Shown here: positions 52,466 to 64,000 of the stretch, piece by piece | Layout of the letters: each line of letters begins with the position of its first letter | Position numbering within the stretch: the first letter of the stretch is position 1 | Assembly: GCA_964016885.1 (NCBI GenBank) | Contig: OZ024743.1 | Span: 319,486,001 to 319,550,000 of the forward strand | From: Eledone cirrhosa | Taxonomy: Eukaryota | Direction: 5' to 3' | DNA length: 64,000 bases | Program-made: the position numbers and the translations under genes | Notes under the pieces: model-generated | What the model was told of the DNA's origin: nothing | The model's input: the letters and a program-made list of their open reading frames with translations, nothing else | Database searches by the model: none

Positions 52466-52504
<39 letters not shown>

Positions 52505-52581
52505 ATCCTTATATATATATATAGTATATTTGGTAATATACTGTCTGTTTAAATTAAAAACATTTTGAAGACCTTGCGCTA

Positions 52582-52656
<75 letters not shown>

Positions 52657-52770
52657 TATATAATAGCGCAAGGTCTTCAAAATGTTTTTAATTTAAACAG
52701 ACAGTATATTACCAAATATACTATACATACATTCATGTATACATCGCTATTTCAGAGCACCAATCCTAAT

Positions 52771-52809
<39 letters not shown>

Positions 52810-53029
52810 CAGTCGATTGACTTTCGTCAAATCGGACCGAGGAAACAATGCTTCGGGTGGTCTTTCCAATTGCTAATACTCTCTATCGATCACAACTCCA
52901 GGTAGAAGGAGCAGCTTGAAATAAAGTGCCTTGCTCAAGGACATAACGCATCGCCTGGTCCAGGAATCGAACTGACAACCTCACAATTGTGAATCCAGTT
53001 CTCTAACCAATCAGCCACACGCCTTCACA

Positions 53030-53088
<59 letters not shown>

Positions 53089-53419
53089 GCGCGCGCACAC
53101 ACACACAGAGTTATCATTCGAGAGCTTTAACTACCTCATCCCACCTAAACTTTGCCCAAACCAAATTTAAAATTATTTCAATTACTAAAGACTACATCAA
53201 CTCATCTGAAAAAACACCACAATGTGTAACAACAACGATTAAGTCTAAAAATGTTAGTTTGCCTTTCATATTATTTATTTATTTATTTATCGGTGATTTC
53301 TCCTAGATACTAAATATTGATTGTTGTTTTTTTCTCGTATATATCGAGTAACTTAAAGCGATAATCATTATTCATATTTAATAAGTTATATAATTAAACG
53401 TAAACAAATGTAGACACCT

Positions 53420-53464
<45 letters not shown>

Positions 53465-53529
53465 TTTCAGAAGATCCCGTTACGGGTGAAAGCAGCGATT
53501 CTTTGCTTAAACTTTAATCTGTTATTTTA

Positions 53530-53572
<43 letters not shown>

Positions 53573-54207
53573 TACATATATATATATATTTACTATATAT
53601 GCCGGCGTACAGATTGAGCCCTAAAATTCTGAAGTGTAATTCAGGTTTAGGACTTTATTCGCCGGATAAGACAACCCACAACAAATAAGGCAGTACCATT
53701 TCCTCAACCCTAGATGTGCTTGCCATTCTTTATTTGCGGAAAATATAAAATATGGAAATAAAATCTTAATAGTTGTCAAATAAAAATGCATGTGAATATA
53801 CAATTTGTAAAATTATTTTAAACATAACAAAATGATGTAACTGTTTTATTAGTAAACAGCATGCTACCACACCGGTAATGCATTGCGTCAAAATATTGTT
53901 CATGCATCCCTCTATTAGCATACAAACATTTTTGTGCACAAAAGTCTGTACACAAAATACAAAGAAAGTTATAATTTAAAAACAGAGGGTGCTTCCAGTT
54001 TTTGCTACCACACAAATTAATTAAATGTTTAATGACGCGCTAAAGGCCAAGTGAGTTCTAACTCACTAAAGTAAACCAGCCTAGCCTAATCTTAACGAAC
54101 CTATGGTGACCTTCCCTATGAGCTACGGCAAGTCATTGATATTACTATAATTTCTACGTTAAATAGACTTAACATTTATGAGTTTCAGTAGGAAATGATT
54201 GCGGCAC

Positions 54208-54790
54208 ATTTTTATGGAAATTTTGCTCGTTGGCAGACACGCAGGAAATACGGAGAGAAATGTTCTTAACCAAATTTTTGGTGATTGCCTTCGGGGGTTG
54301 CATTGAACGTTACATAAATAGACGATCTAACCACACAAAGGCAATCACCAAAAATTTGGTTAAGGACATCTCCCTCCGTATTTCACGCCTGTCTGCCAAT
54401 GAGCAAATTTACCACGAAAATGCACTGCATTGCAACTCGGCACTAAAGAATAACGGATTTAAGATAGGAGTAACCTATTACCCAAGCCTCAACCGTGGAC
54501 CTAGCAGATGGTGCCACCTTACACGCAACATTACTTAATTCAATCCTCCTCACAAGTCGGTGGTCACCACACTAATCGGGAGAATATTTTTTTCACATCT
54601 CAACATACATTTCACACCACTACCAAAACATCTAACAGAAACATCTAACAGAACATCGCTACCCAAATATCTAACAGAAACACAGTCACTTTCTTAAAGT
54701 ACCACACACAACGTAGCACAAATCATAGCTTCCTTCATTACTGCTAAACTGAACAACTCTATAAGAATTTACTCAGACATCAGCGATGTC
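54208..54790 (+). mobile_element. Decayed Penelope-like element fragment with 5' inversion
   Basis: YINRRSNHTKAITKNLVKDISLRISRLSANEQIY..ALKNNGF..RNIT.FNPP (PLE thumb region). Segment 54208-54291 is an inverted copy of 54338-54422. Confidence 0.8.
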
Positions 54791-54826
54791 AAAACCAGGC
54801 CATGTAATTGTTTATATATATGTACA

Positions 54827-54888
<62 letters not shown>

Positions 54889-55324
54889 CACACACACACA
54901 TCCACGCACACACACACATATATATATATATGAATGTATGCGTGTGTTTGTGTGTGCGTGTGTATGTGTGTGTATACAAACTCACATACATGAACCCATA
55001 TACAAGGAGTGCATAACCTGATCTTAACTAGAAGAAAGATCAATGTTTAAGTCAGAAAGTACATCTTATTGATTTGATAATATTAATCGATATAATCCTC
55101 ATTTGCTGCTTCACATTTTCCTTTCAGGTGCCACATTTCATCTGAATCTACCTTTCTGTTGCATAAAATAACCCAAATCCAGGGCTGGTGCTAACCCATA
55201 GGCCAACTAGTCAGCCGCCTCAAGCGCAAACCTCTTTGAGGCGCATCACTAAACCTTAAAAGGTCACAGTTTTATACAAATTTGTATAATTAAATTAAAT
55301 ATACATTTTCTGCACTATATATAT

Positions 55325-56254
55325 ATATGTGTGAGTGCGTAAGTAAAAGGTAAATAACAACACAATCGGTACAGTATATGGAAGGTATATATTAAGTTAA
55401 CGCTTGATATAGCAGGAAGAGGGCCTTAACGTTTCGGACGCTAGTCCTTCATCAGAAGAAAGAAGAAAGAATGAGAAATAAAATAGATTAAGGGGACGTG
55501 CGGGATGGAATTGGAAAAATGTCTTTAGATAAAAATTATAGGTCCATTCATGTTGACATCTCTTGCAAAACTCATATTATATATATATACATTTTTTTTT
55601 CTAACACTCGTTATCAGTAACCACGCAGCCTCGTCCCTCTTAATTCATATTCATATATTTATTGCTGTGACCTCCGCTCCATCTTTTCTATCAATCTCGC
55701 TTGTTTTGTTATTCCAGTTCAGACTTATGTCTTAACATTTTTTTGGATTAACTCTTTTTCCTCCTCCCCCGTTCTCTCCATTCCTCTCTCTCTCTCTCTC
55801 TCTTCCCCCTTCGGTTTCCTTCGTCTCTCTCTCTCTTTTTTTACGCCGTTCTCACCGAGAACAGACGTGTTCTCTTGCTCTCTCGCTGTTAATAAGGCCC
55901 CTGGGCTTAAACCCAACTGCTTTTTTAAACTTCGTCCTCTCTCTCCCCTCGGTTATTTAGTTACATGTGCCATTGTCCTGTGTTTCCCCCTTCTATCGGT
56001 ATGTTTTTCTCCTTTTTTTCTCTCTTTTTTCTTTCTTTCTCTCTCTCCGCTATCGCCTCTTTTTCGTCTTTTCTTTCCCTCATAACTTGTTGATAATAAG
56101 TTATGGGCACGCTACGGATAGATGTATTGTCTATAATGTGCTGAAACATCTGTGACCCGTAGTAGACAACTGATGAAGGCAACATGTCTATCTCTTGTTT
56201 GTACTCCCTTTTCTAACAATCGTTATCAGTAACCACGCAGCCTTATCCTTCTCA

Positions 56255-56258
<4 letters not shown>
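55325..56258. mobile_element. Penelope-like terminal-repeat remnants
   Basis: Minus-strand hammerhead at 55423-55459. Direct repeat ttctaaca.tcgttatcagtaaccacgcagcct at about 55599 and 56211, CT-rich UTR-like interior, and ctgatgaagg at 56170. Confidence 0.6.
55423..55459 (-). ncRNA. Minimal hammerhead ribozyme
   Basis: Minus strand tctt-CTGATGA-a-ggac(tagc)gtcc-GAAA-cg-TTA-agg, with palindrome AACGTT. Confidence 0.75.
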
Positions 56259-56301
<43 letters not shown>

Positions 56302-56311
<10 letters not shown>

Positions 56312-57345
56312 AAACGGAAGATGTCTGTCTGTGTGTGTGTATGATTTTTATGCATTTCCACATTTCTCTACCGATTTTGATGATTCTTTTCCAATGTGCT
56401 CCAAATTTAACAACGATGGTCAACGCGTAATAAACTTTGCTAAACATTTCCTGCTTCTATGAAAAAAAATCGATAAAACTAAATACATGCTGTAACCCTC
56501 TCTCTTACACGCTTAATCCCTCTCTCTACTACCCTCAACAATCTATGAAACTACAAACATGTTGCAACTCTCTTTAAAAGGTTTATCCCTCCCTCTACAT
56601 CATTCCCGCTCTCTATAATTTAACTGCTTTACTCTCTTCATGCTTTGAGGTTTAACACACCTCCCTATAGTTTCTTAGCTTTACTCTCTCCGTCGCTCTT
56701 CCCTCTCTCTATAATAGATCATTCCTCCCTCTCTATAATTTAACTGCTTTACGCTCTCTGTCGCTCTTCACACTCTATATGACAACACTGTTTTACACAC
56801 CTCCCTATAGTTTCTTTGCTTCCCAATTCCCGGTGAGACCATGTTTTGCCATGTCCATTAACAAGTCACAAGGGCACACATTGTTGGTGGCGGGCATCCA
56901 TTTGGAGGAGCCATGCTTCTCCCATGGCCAACTATATGTTGCCTGCTCCCGCGTAGGAATGGACTTTTTGCTTACACTCCTCAAGGGATGACACACAATA
57001 TCGTCTACAAAGAGGAGCTATAAATGTTGGTGCAGGTGTTGGAGGTGTGGGATCTATGCCGCCTGGAAAACTATTTCCTGGTAGGGTCACCCATGGCGGA
57101 CAGATCTGAGACCCAGCGGCATCAAGGTCATCATCTTGCAACTTTGGTCTGCTAAATTCGCTATTGGAAGATTATTAACCCATCATTGGTTGTCCAAAAT
57201 GCTAATTGGTTCGTAACTTTTAATAACCGGTTCAACTGCTTTATGCACTTAATTGATAAGCTTATTCGCTTTCAAGCCACGTTTACCTCTATGTAACTTT
57301 TCATAGCAAATGAACAAACCTGAGTAACGCCGGGCTAAACTGCTA

Positions 57346-57346
<1 letters not shown>
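56302..57346 (+). mobile_element. Non-autonomous Helitron carrying a PIF1-type helicase fragment
   Basis: 5' tatataaaa...atgtctgtctgtgtg start and internal CT-rich minisatellite. 56822-56957 reads QFPVRPCFAMSINKSQGHTL..GIHLEEPCFSHGQLYVACSRVG (helicase motifs V-VI). 3' hairpin cctgagtaacgccggg, then CTAG (57343-57346) before T. Confidence 0.85.
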
Positions 57347-57388
<42 letters not shown>

Positions 57389-58689
57389 CCCGCCATTATA
57401 TATATATATCGTTAACCATCTTTACATCGTTGTTTAGTTGTGGAAATATCCAAAGCTATGGAGAGTCGTATGGTGTTCCAGCCTGTCACCTGATATAGGT
57501 GAACGTGGATTGTATAGTAGAAAATGCATTTTCAGTAATTTTCTTAGTAATTTTCTTAGGAGAAAGAAATGTCAAAACTATATTCGTGAGTTTACCAAAC
57601 TGTAAGGTAAATTTATTTTATTTGAGAGAATGGGGTGTATAAGTGGAAGAAAAGCGTGCAATTACAAAATTAGCTTAGACAGTTAATACTCAGGTGCCAG
57701 CTTCAACTGATAGCTGCCACATTTAGACAATTTTCTTTTGTTTGCATAAAATAACTCAACCCATTAATTTCATTAAATCCTTCACATTTCACTCTCTGAT
57801 AGTTTATGTTTCATTATTTAATTAGTGGATTGGCAGTATCTGTAGAGGGTCGGACGCCATGCTTTGACGCATAGAGTTACGTCCCTAGCCATTCTGAGTT
57901 CAAATCCCGCCGAGGTTACCTTTGCCTATCATCCTTACGGGGTCGATAAAATAACAGTAATACACTGGGATAATTGGTGGCCTTGTGCCAAACGTAGAAA
58001 CAATTATTTAATTATTTATTCATATATACAATAGAATGGATAATTTCAGATTTATACACCTTAAATTATTTCTCCTTTTATTGCGTCATTGATTTCACTT
58101 ATTATACCAAGGCCTTTATGTTATACACACATACACACAGAGCCCCGCCCCATATATATATATATATATATACATATATAAAGGGTAAAGACCACCTTCG
58201 ATCACGAATGACTATAGGATTTACACCTGGAAAGTTCCCTTCCGCGTCACAAACCCTGGCAAGGTGTTTTTGTGGAAGACCAGGAGTCGCCAATGCATGT
58301 CAGTCTCCATGACACCGATGTTGGCCAAAGACGGATACAACTTGGCACCAGTAATGTCTACATCCGAGTGAGATGGAGCAACGTAAAATAAAGTGTCTTT
58401 CTCAAGGACACAACTCACTACCCATTCCAGGGATTTATATATTGAAAAATAACCCAGGCTTAGAAGCTTCAACGGAGGTCTCTTTTATCTAGGAAAAATA
58501 TTCTAACAGATTGTGCATAAAAGACTCTGAACGGAAAGAAATGACAGCGTTGCCAGTGGGACACCAACTCCCCTCTGCCATATGCCGGCACAATTTGTTA
58601 GATTAATTTTCATAGTAAAGAAATACGTACGTTGAAGCTTCTATTGCTGGACTAATTTTCAATAATCCGTTCAACGTTTCTAAGAATTG

Positions 58690-58791
<102 letters not shown>

Positions 58792-60152
58792 TTTATATTC
58801 GAATAATTTAAGTACTACAATATTTTAAACAGCCCTTTTAATATATATATATTGTTATACTTGGGGAGGGTCATATTTGTGTAATAATATTGCCAGAATT
58901 AACAGTGAGTGTGTTCTGTTATTAATTCTGGCAATATTATTACACAAATATGACCCTCCCCAAGTATAACAATATTTGTTTCGACACACGATTTCATATC
59001 AAAAACCTCGCAAAACTAATTCATCGCCGTTATATATATATATATATATATTAAAAGGGGTGTTTAAAATATTGTAGTACTTAAATTATTCGAATATAAA
59101 CTGAATTAGCACTCAATACGAATAGGTAGATTGTAAATTTTAGTTCATGAGTACAACGGTGGCGGTGACTTTGAAGTTTCAACCTGATTACTTGCTCTAG
59201 TTTCTGCTCAGTTTCCCTTCACCAAATATCACTTACAAGGTATTGGTCAAACCATGACTACGAAGGTGGACTGAACATTTCCTAGGTTGACTATGAAGGA
59301 GTGATGATAGAGCTGTGAAATATTGCATGCATTAATAACAGCATTGTTTGTTTCCACTGACTATATTGAAAAATAAACCCCATTTGGTCATTCCTTGAGA
59401 GTCTCTTGGTCAGGCTATTAACTTTTCAGCCTATGAAATTTTTAACCGAACCTCGTATAGTAAAATATACCTACCCAAGGTGCCATGCTAGTGGATTGAA
59501 CCCGAAACCATCTGGGTGTCAAACGAACTCCTTAACCAGACAGCTGTACTTGTGCCTATTTATCAAGGTAGATACACTTTTTACCTCTCGTTTCTAATTT
59601 GCGACAACTGGGAATAATTGCTGCAATCGTTACAAACATTTTTTTTTCTCTCGTCTATTTTAATTTTCTACATCCGTTTGTTGACCACACAAACTCACTT
59701 CCTTCCCAACAGAGTAATAATGAAGTGTGTTCAACATGAAAATCAATAGTTCTTGTCGTCTTTAATCAAAGTAATCGCCTGACAGTCAATATTTCTCCTT
59801 ATAACAGAAATATTAGGATAGTTTTTCCTTCATGACACACAAAACAAAACCAGTTTTGTGCCTAAATCAGAAACCATTATTATTATATGTTTTTTTTGTT
59901 ATTTAGTAACTTTCTCAGTAAATATTACCAAATCGATTCGGAATAGCTCACAGTACGGTGTACGGTGGAGTCTAATCTACACTGGTATTTAAGAGGCAAT
60001 ACCTATTTGCCAATATTTAGCTGTTGTTGTTGATGTTGCTGAATTTTTCTTCTTGAAAGCAATTAAGTGTATGCATGTATGTATGTATGCAAACATGTAC
60101 AGGTTTTTATATATGTAAATGTAGATTGTGTGTGTATACATTGATACGTACA

Positions 60153-60212
<60 letters not shown>

Positions 60213-60594
60213 TACGTATACAAATACAAATGTGTGTGTGTGTGTGTGTGTGTGTGTGAGAAAGTCGTTTTTATTCCTGAAAATACGAAACAATCTTAAC
60301 TATGTTGCGCTACGTAGAAGTCTGTTAGTTATATAAAAAAAATCTTAGTAAATTAAATCTTATCCTTTTGTTTTCTTTCTTTTTGTCTTTTCTTTCTTTA
60401 TATTTTTGTTTTTACTAATTTCTTTTCATTTCTACATCTGCAGGGAGAGGGAGAGATAGGGGAGAGAGGGGGAGATGGTGGAAAGGGAGAGAGGGAGTGT
60501 GGAAGGAGAGAGGAGAGAGAGAAAAAAGTGATCCCAGTACTGAATTGGTACATTTATTTGATGAACATCAATAGAGAATCTTCATATCAAGGCC

Positions 60595-61125
60595 TGTATC
60601 AATAGAGCGTCGAACAACATGCTTTACGGCATAGAGGTACGGCCCTTTACGTTCTGAGTTTAAATCCGCCGATGTTAGCTTTGCCCTTTATCGTTACAGG
60701 GTCGATAAATAAAGTACCAGTAACACATTGAGGTCGATTTCATCGACGTTCCCCTTGTAATTGCTGGCCTTCCGCCTTAATCAGAAGCCATTATCCTTTT
60801 TAAATTAGCGAGTTCAAATCCCACTGAGGTTAGCTTTGACTTTCATCCTTACAGGTTCAATAAAATAAAGTACCAGTAACACACTGAGGAACGATTTAAT
60901 CGACTTTTCCATTCTATACAAATTAACGTTCTTGTGCCAAAAGTAGAAATTATTATATTCCAATTAAGCTTGGTCGATTGGTACAATCATTAGTGTGTCA
61001 GACGATAGGTTTTACAGTATATAGTTACGGCTTTTTTTTTTACGTTCTGGGTTCAAATCACACCAAGATCAATTTTGCCTTTCATCAATCTAAATTCAAT
61101 GATAATACCAGTTAAAATAGAAACA
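60595..61125 (+). mobile_element. Tandem array of Nin/Deu-like SINE units
   Basis: Three successive gttcaaatc..tttgcc.ttcatc..gataaa..taccag units. A similar array lies at 62700-63215. Confidence 0.75.
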
Positions 61126-63427
61126 ATTATTTACATATTAATTTTATAAATCAAACAGTAAAAGGCCTTATGTATTCGCAGGGGCACCAACATAGCACAC
61201 GATATATAGTGGACCTTTTAAAACCTGGTGGAGCTCATCCCACTCTATGTCTGAACACAACCGATTTCTTAAAGCGAGAGGGATAGATGGAGGTGAGAGG
61301 GGGAGAGGGAGAGATAGAGGAGAGAAGATGAGAGGGAGTGATGAAGGAGAGAGGGGTAGGAGAAAGAGGAGAGAAATAGATGGAGGAAAGCGAGACAGAG
61401 AGGGAGAGAGATAAGGGAAAAGGGGGAGATGTAGGCGAGAGAAAGGGAGGAGAGAGAAGAGACTGAAAAAAAAATGACTCCAGTAGTGAATTGGGACATT
61501 ATTTATCGACCTCGAATCGATGAAATACAAAGTTGCCCTGAGTAGAATTTGAATTCAATACGCTTTACTTATTTTCTTTAAATAACTGTTTCTAGTTTTG
61601 GCACAAGGCCAGCAATTACCCAGTACATTACTGGTACTTTATTTTATCGACCCCGTAAGGATGAAAGGCAAAGTGAACCTCGTAAAGGGACGTAACTATG
61701 CTGGAAAGCATGGCGTCCGACTCTCTACCGATACTGCCAATCCACATTTACTGCTTTGTTTTTAAACTTCATTTTAGAAAGTTTACACCAATGTTGGTTT
61801 TCACTTAACTTTGGTCAGAATATAAGATGTAGATTTTTGTTGTGTATGTATAATACGTATGTTATACCTACAGTCCTCGCACTGTTATTTATTCCGTAAA
61901 GTCGCAAAGACGACGGCCTGCTTGGAGAAAGAGACCCGTGAGGTGGGGGTGGCTGTTGCAGCAGATGTCTCTGGCTATTCTCAGCGGTAATGCATTTGCC
62001 CTATTGTCTGCGGTGCGCAGCTGAGGCACTGCTCAGACTGGGTTGTATTGTCTGTCCCCCACTTTTTGTCGTTGCTTTTTTTTTTTCTTCTTTACATTTC
62101 TTTTCCCTCCCATTTCTGTTTCCTTTAATAGTGTGTGTTTGCCTTTATTAGATATTGCTCAATACTTTTTATATAATGTCAATGGTTTTCCATGATATAG
62201 TGAAATTTCGTTACTCAGTGGATTAAATGTGATTCAACATTCACTTTTGTGTTCACAATAAAATCAATATTTATATATTCCTAATGTAAACTATATTTTT
62301 TCACCGAGAAGAAAAAAATGTATGTATAAGTCATTTTGTCAAAAGAAGAAAACTTCAGCGAATGTTTAATACTCTGTATAGATAACCTTCGTTTATATCC
62401 TAACTAATACACATACGTTACAATGTTTACAAATAACATTTACTTCTTAGTTTGTAAAACCTGATTTTAAATAATAATCTTTACTAGTAAACATAGAAAG
62501 TTACAATATTTACAATAAATTATCTAGCGAAAGAACTAATTCCTCCTTTCTTTTTATCTTTTTGGTTCCTCTTTTGTTGAGCAAATCTGCCAGGAAAGGA
62601 ACCAACATACACCTCAACTTTAAAAATGACAATGTAGTGATGTTTGAAAGAAATCTTCAAGTGATATGCATCATGTAGGAGCAATTATTATATTCTAATC
62701 AAATTGGCAGAATCATTAGTGTTTCGGACAAAAGTAAATCAATAATTATATTCTAAGTAAACCTGACAGATTGAGAGAATCATTAGTGTATCGGACAAAA
62801 GTAAAGCAATAGGATTTATGGAATTTATTTACTGCCCTTTACGTTCTAGGTTGAAATCCCGCTGGAATGAGCTTCACCTTTCATCCTTACGGGGTCGATA
62901 AATAAAGTACCAGTAACGTTCTGAGGATCGATTTCATTGACTTTCCCTTTCCTGCTGGCCTTCTGCCAAAAGCAGAAAACATTATTATATTCCATTTAAG
63001 TGTGGTAGATTGTCAGAATTATTAGTGTGTCGATCAAAATGTTTTACGGTATTTAGTTACGGGTCTTCACGTTCTGGGTTCAAATCTCACTAAGATTAAT
63101 TTTGCTTTTCATCCAAAGAGAATAAAGTACCAGCAACGTACTAGGGTCGACATAATCGTCTTTTCCTCCACCCCATCTCAAAGTGCCGGCCTTGTGCCTA
63201 AATTAGAAACCTCTATTCTCTCCGCATTACTCAACCTATGTAAAATATTATTCCTTAAAAATATTACAAACAAAATCAAGGGAGAAAGAAAAATATAAAA
63301 TAAAAAATGTGATTTCGAGGTCAGTCCCACTGCTTGGAACCTTGCGCAAGTGTTTTCTATAACCTCAGAGTGACAAATGCATGTGAGTGAGATTTAGTAG
63401 ACGGAAACTGTGTGAAAGGCTGTCGTG

Positions 63428-63463
<36 letters not shown>

Positions 63464-63476
63464 GGGGGGGGTTATA

Positions 63477-63558
<82 letters not shown>

Positions 63559-64000
63559 TGTCTCTGTGTTTGTCTGTGTGTCTGTATTTATGTGTGTCTG
63601 TATTTATGTGTGTCTGTATCTCTGTTTACGTTTACTGTTTGTTTACTTAGTAGTTCGACAAAACGGGATCCATAAGATAGAAGCAGGCAACATGGAATAA
63701 GGTGATGCCCCAACATGACCGCAGTCAAATAACTAAAATCCAGTAGAAGAATAATAGAATATAAGAATATGCATGACATTTTGTAAAATAACAATTTCTC
63801 TAGCATCCAGTAAACAAATTATTCTCCGCGTTGCCAGGACACAAAACATGTAATTTCTTTTCCTGGTGAACATGAAAAAGCAAAATGAACTATAGCCAAG
63901 AAGAGCATAGCAAAACAAACAAACAAACAAAAAAAAAATCTGCGAAAAAGAAAAATATATGTATATATACACACATATATATGTATATATACACACACAC

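Noticed and set aside
53640-53740. Possible GCH1 exon (GLSYPANKVLNL resembling GYLPNKKVLGL)
   Set aside because: Similarity is weak for such a conserved enzyme and there are no fitting splice sites.
56779-56991. Host PIF1 helicase exon
   Set aside because: It lies inside Helitron termini, lacks splice sites and runs into a stop.

Overview
AT-rich, microsatellite-saturated animal genomic DNA. The SINE families and the (TA)n/(CA)n/(TATG)n density suggest a coleoid cephalopod such as Octopus; this is an inference. The only host gene I recognise is GTP cyclohydrolase I (GCH1, minus strand). Its last two coding exons (43883-43967 and 29754-29883) are absent from the ORF track and are separated by a 14 kb intron. 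I did not find its earlier exons in the window. One long, intact, intronless ORF of unknown function lies at 18958-19995 (-). The rest is transposon-derived: a decayed hAT (Buster/SPIN-type) element stacked with a MITE on one target site, a Chapaev3-like DNA transposon, an R4/Dong-like and a CRE-like non-LTR remnant, a non-autonomous Helitron, mariner and hAT MITEs, two SINE families, and many Penelope-like element (PLE) pieces. The most striking pattern is that (TA)n tracts are repeatedly occupied by short PLE-type ends carrying minimal hammerhead ribozymes, some with non-canonical cores supported by covariation. Many of these are arranged as fold-back inverted repeats inside the GCH1 introns. 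Coordinates of decayed repeats are approximate and all family assignments come from motif recognition without database searches.
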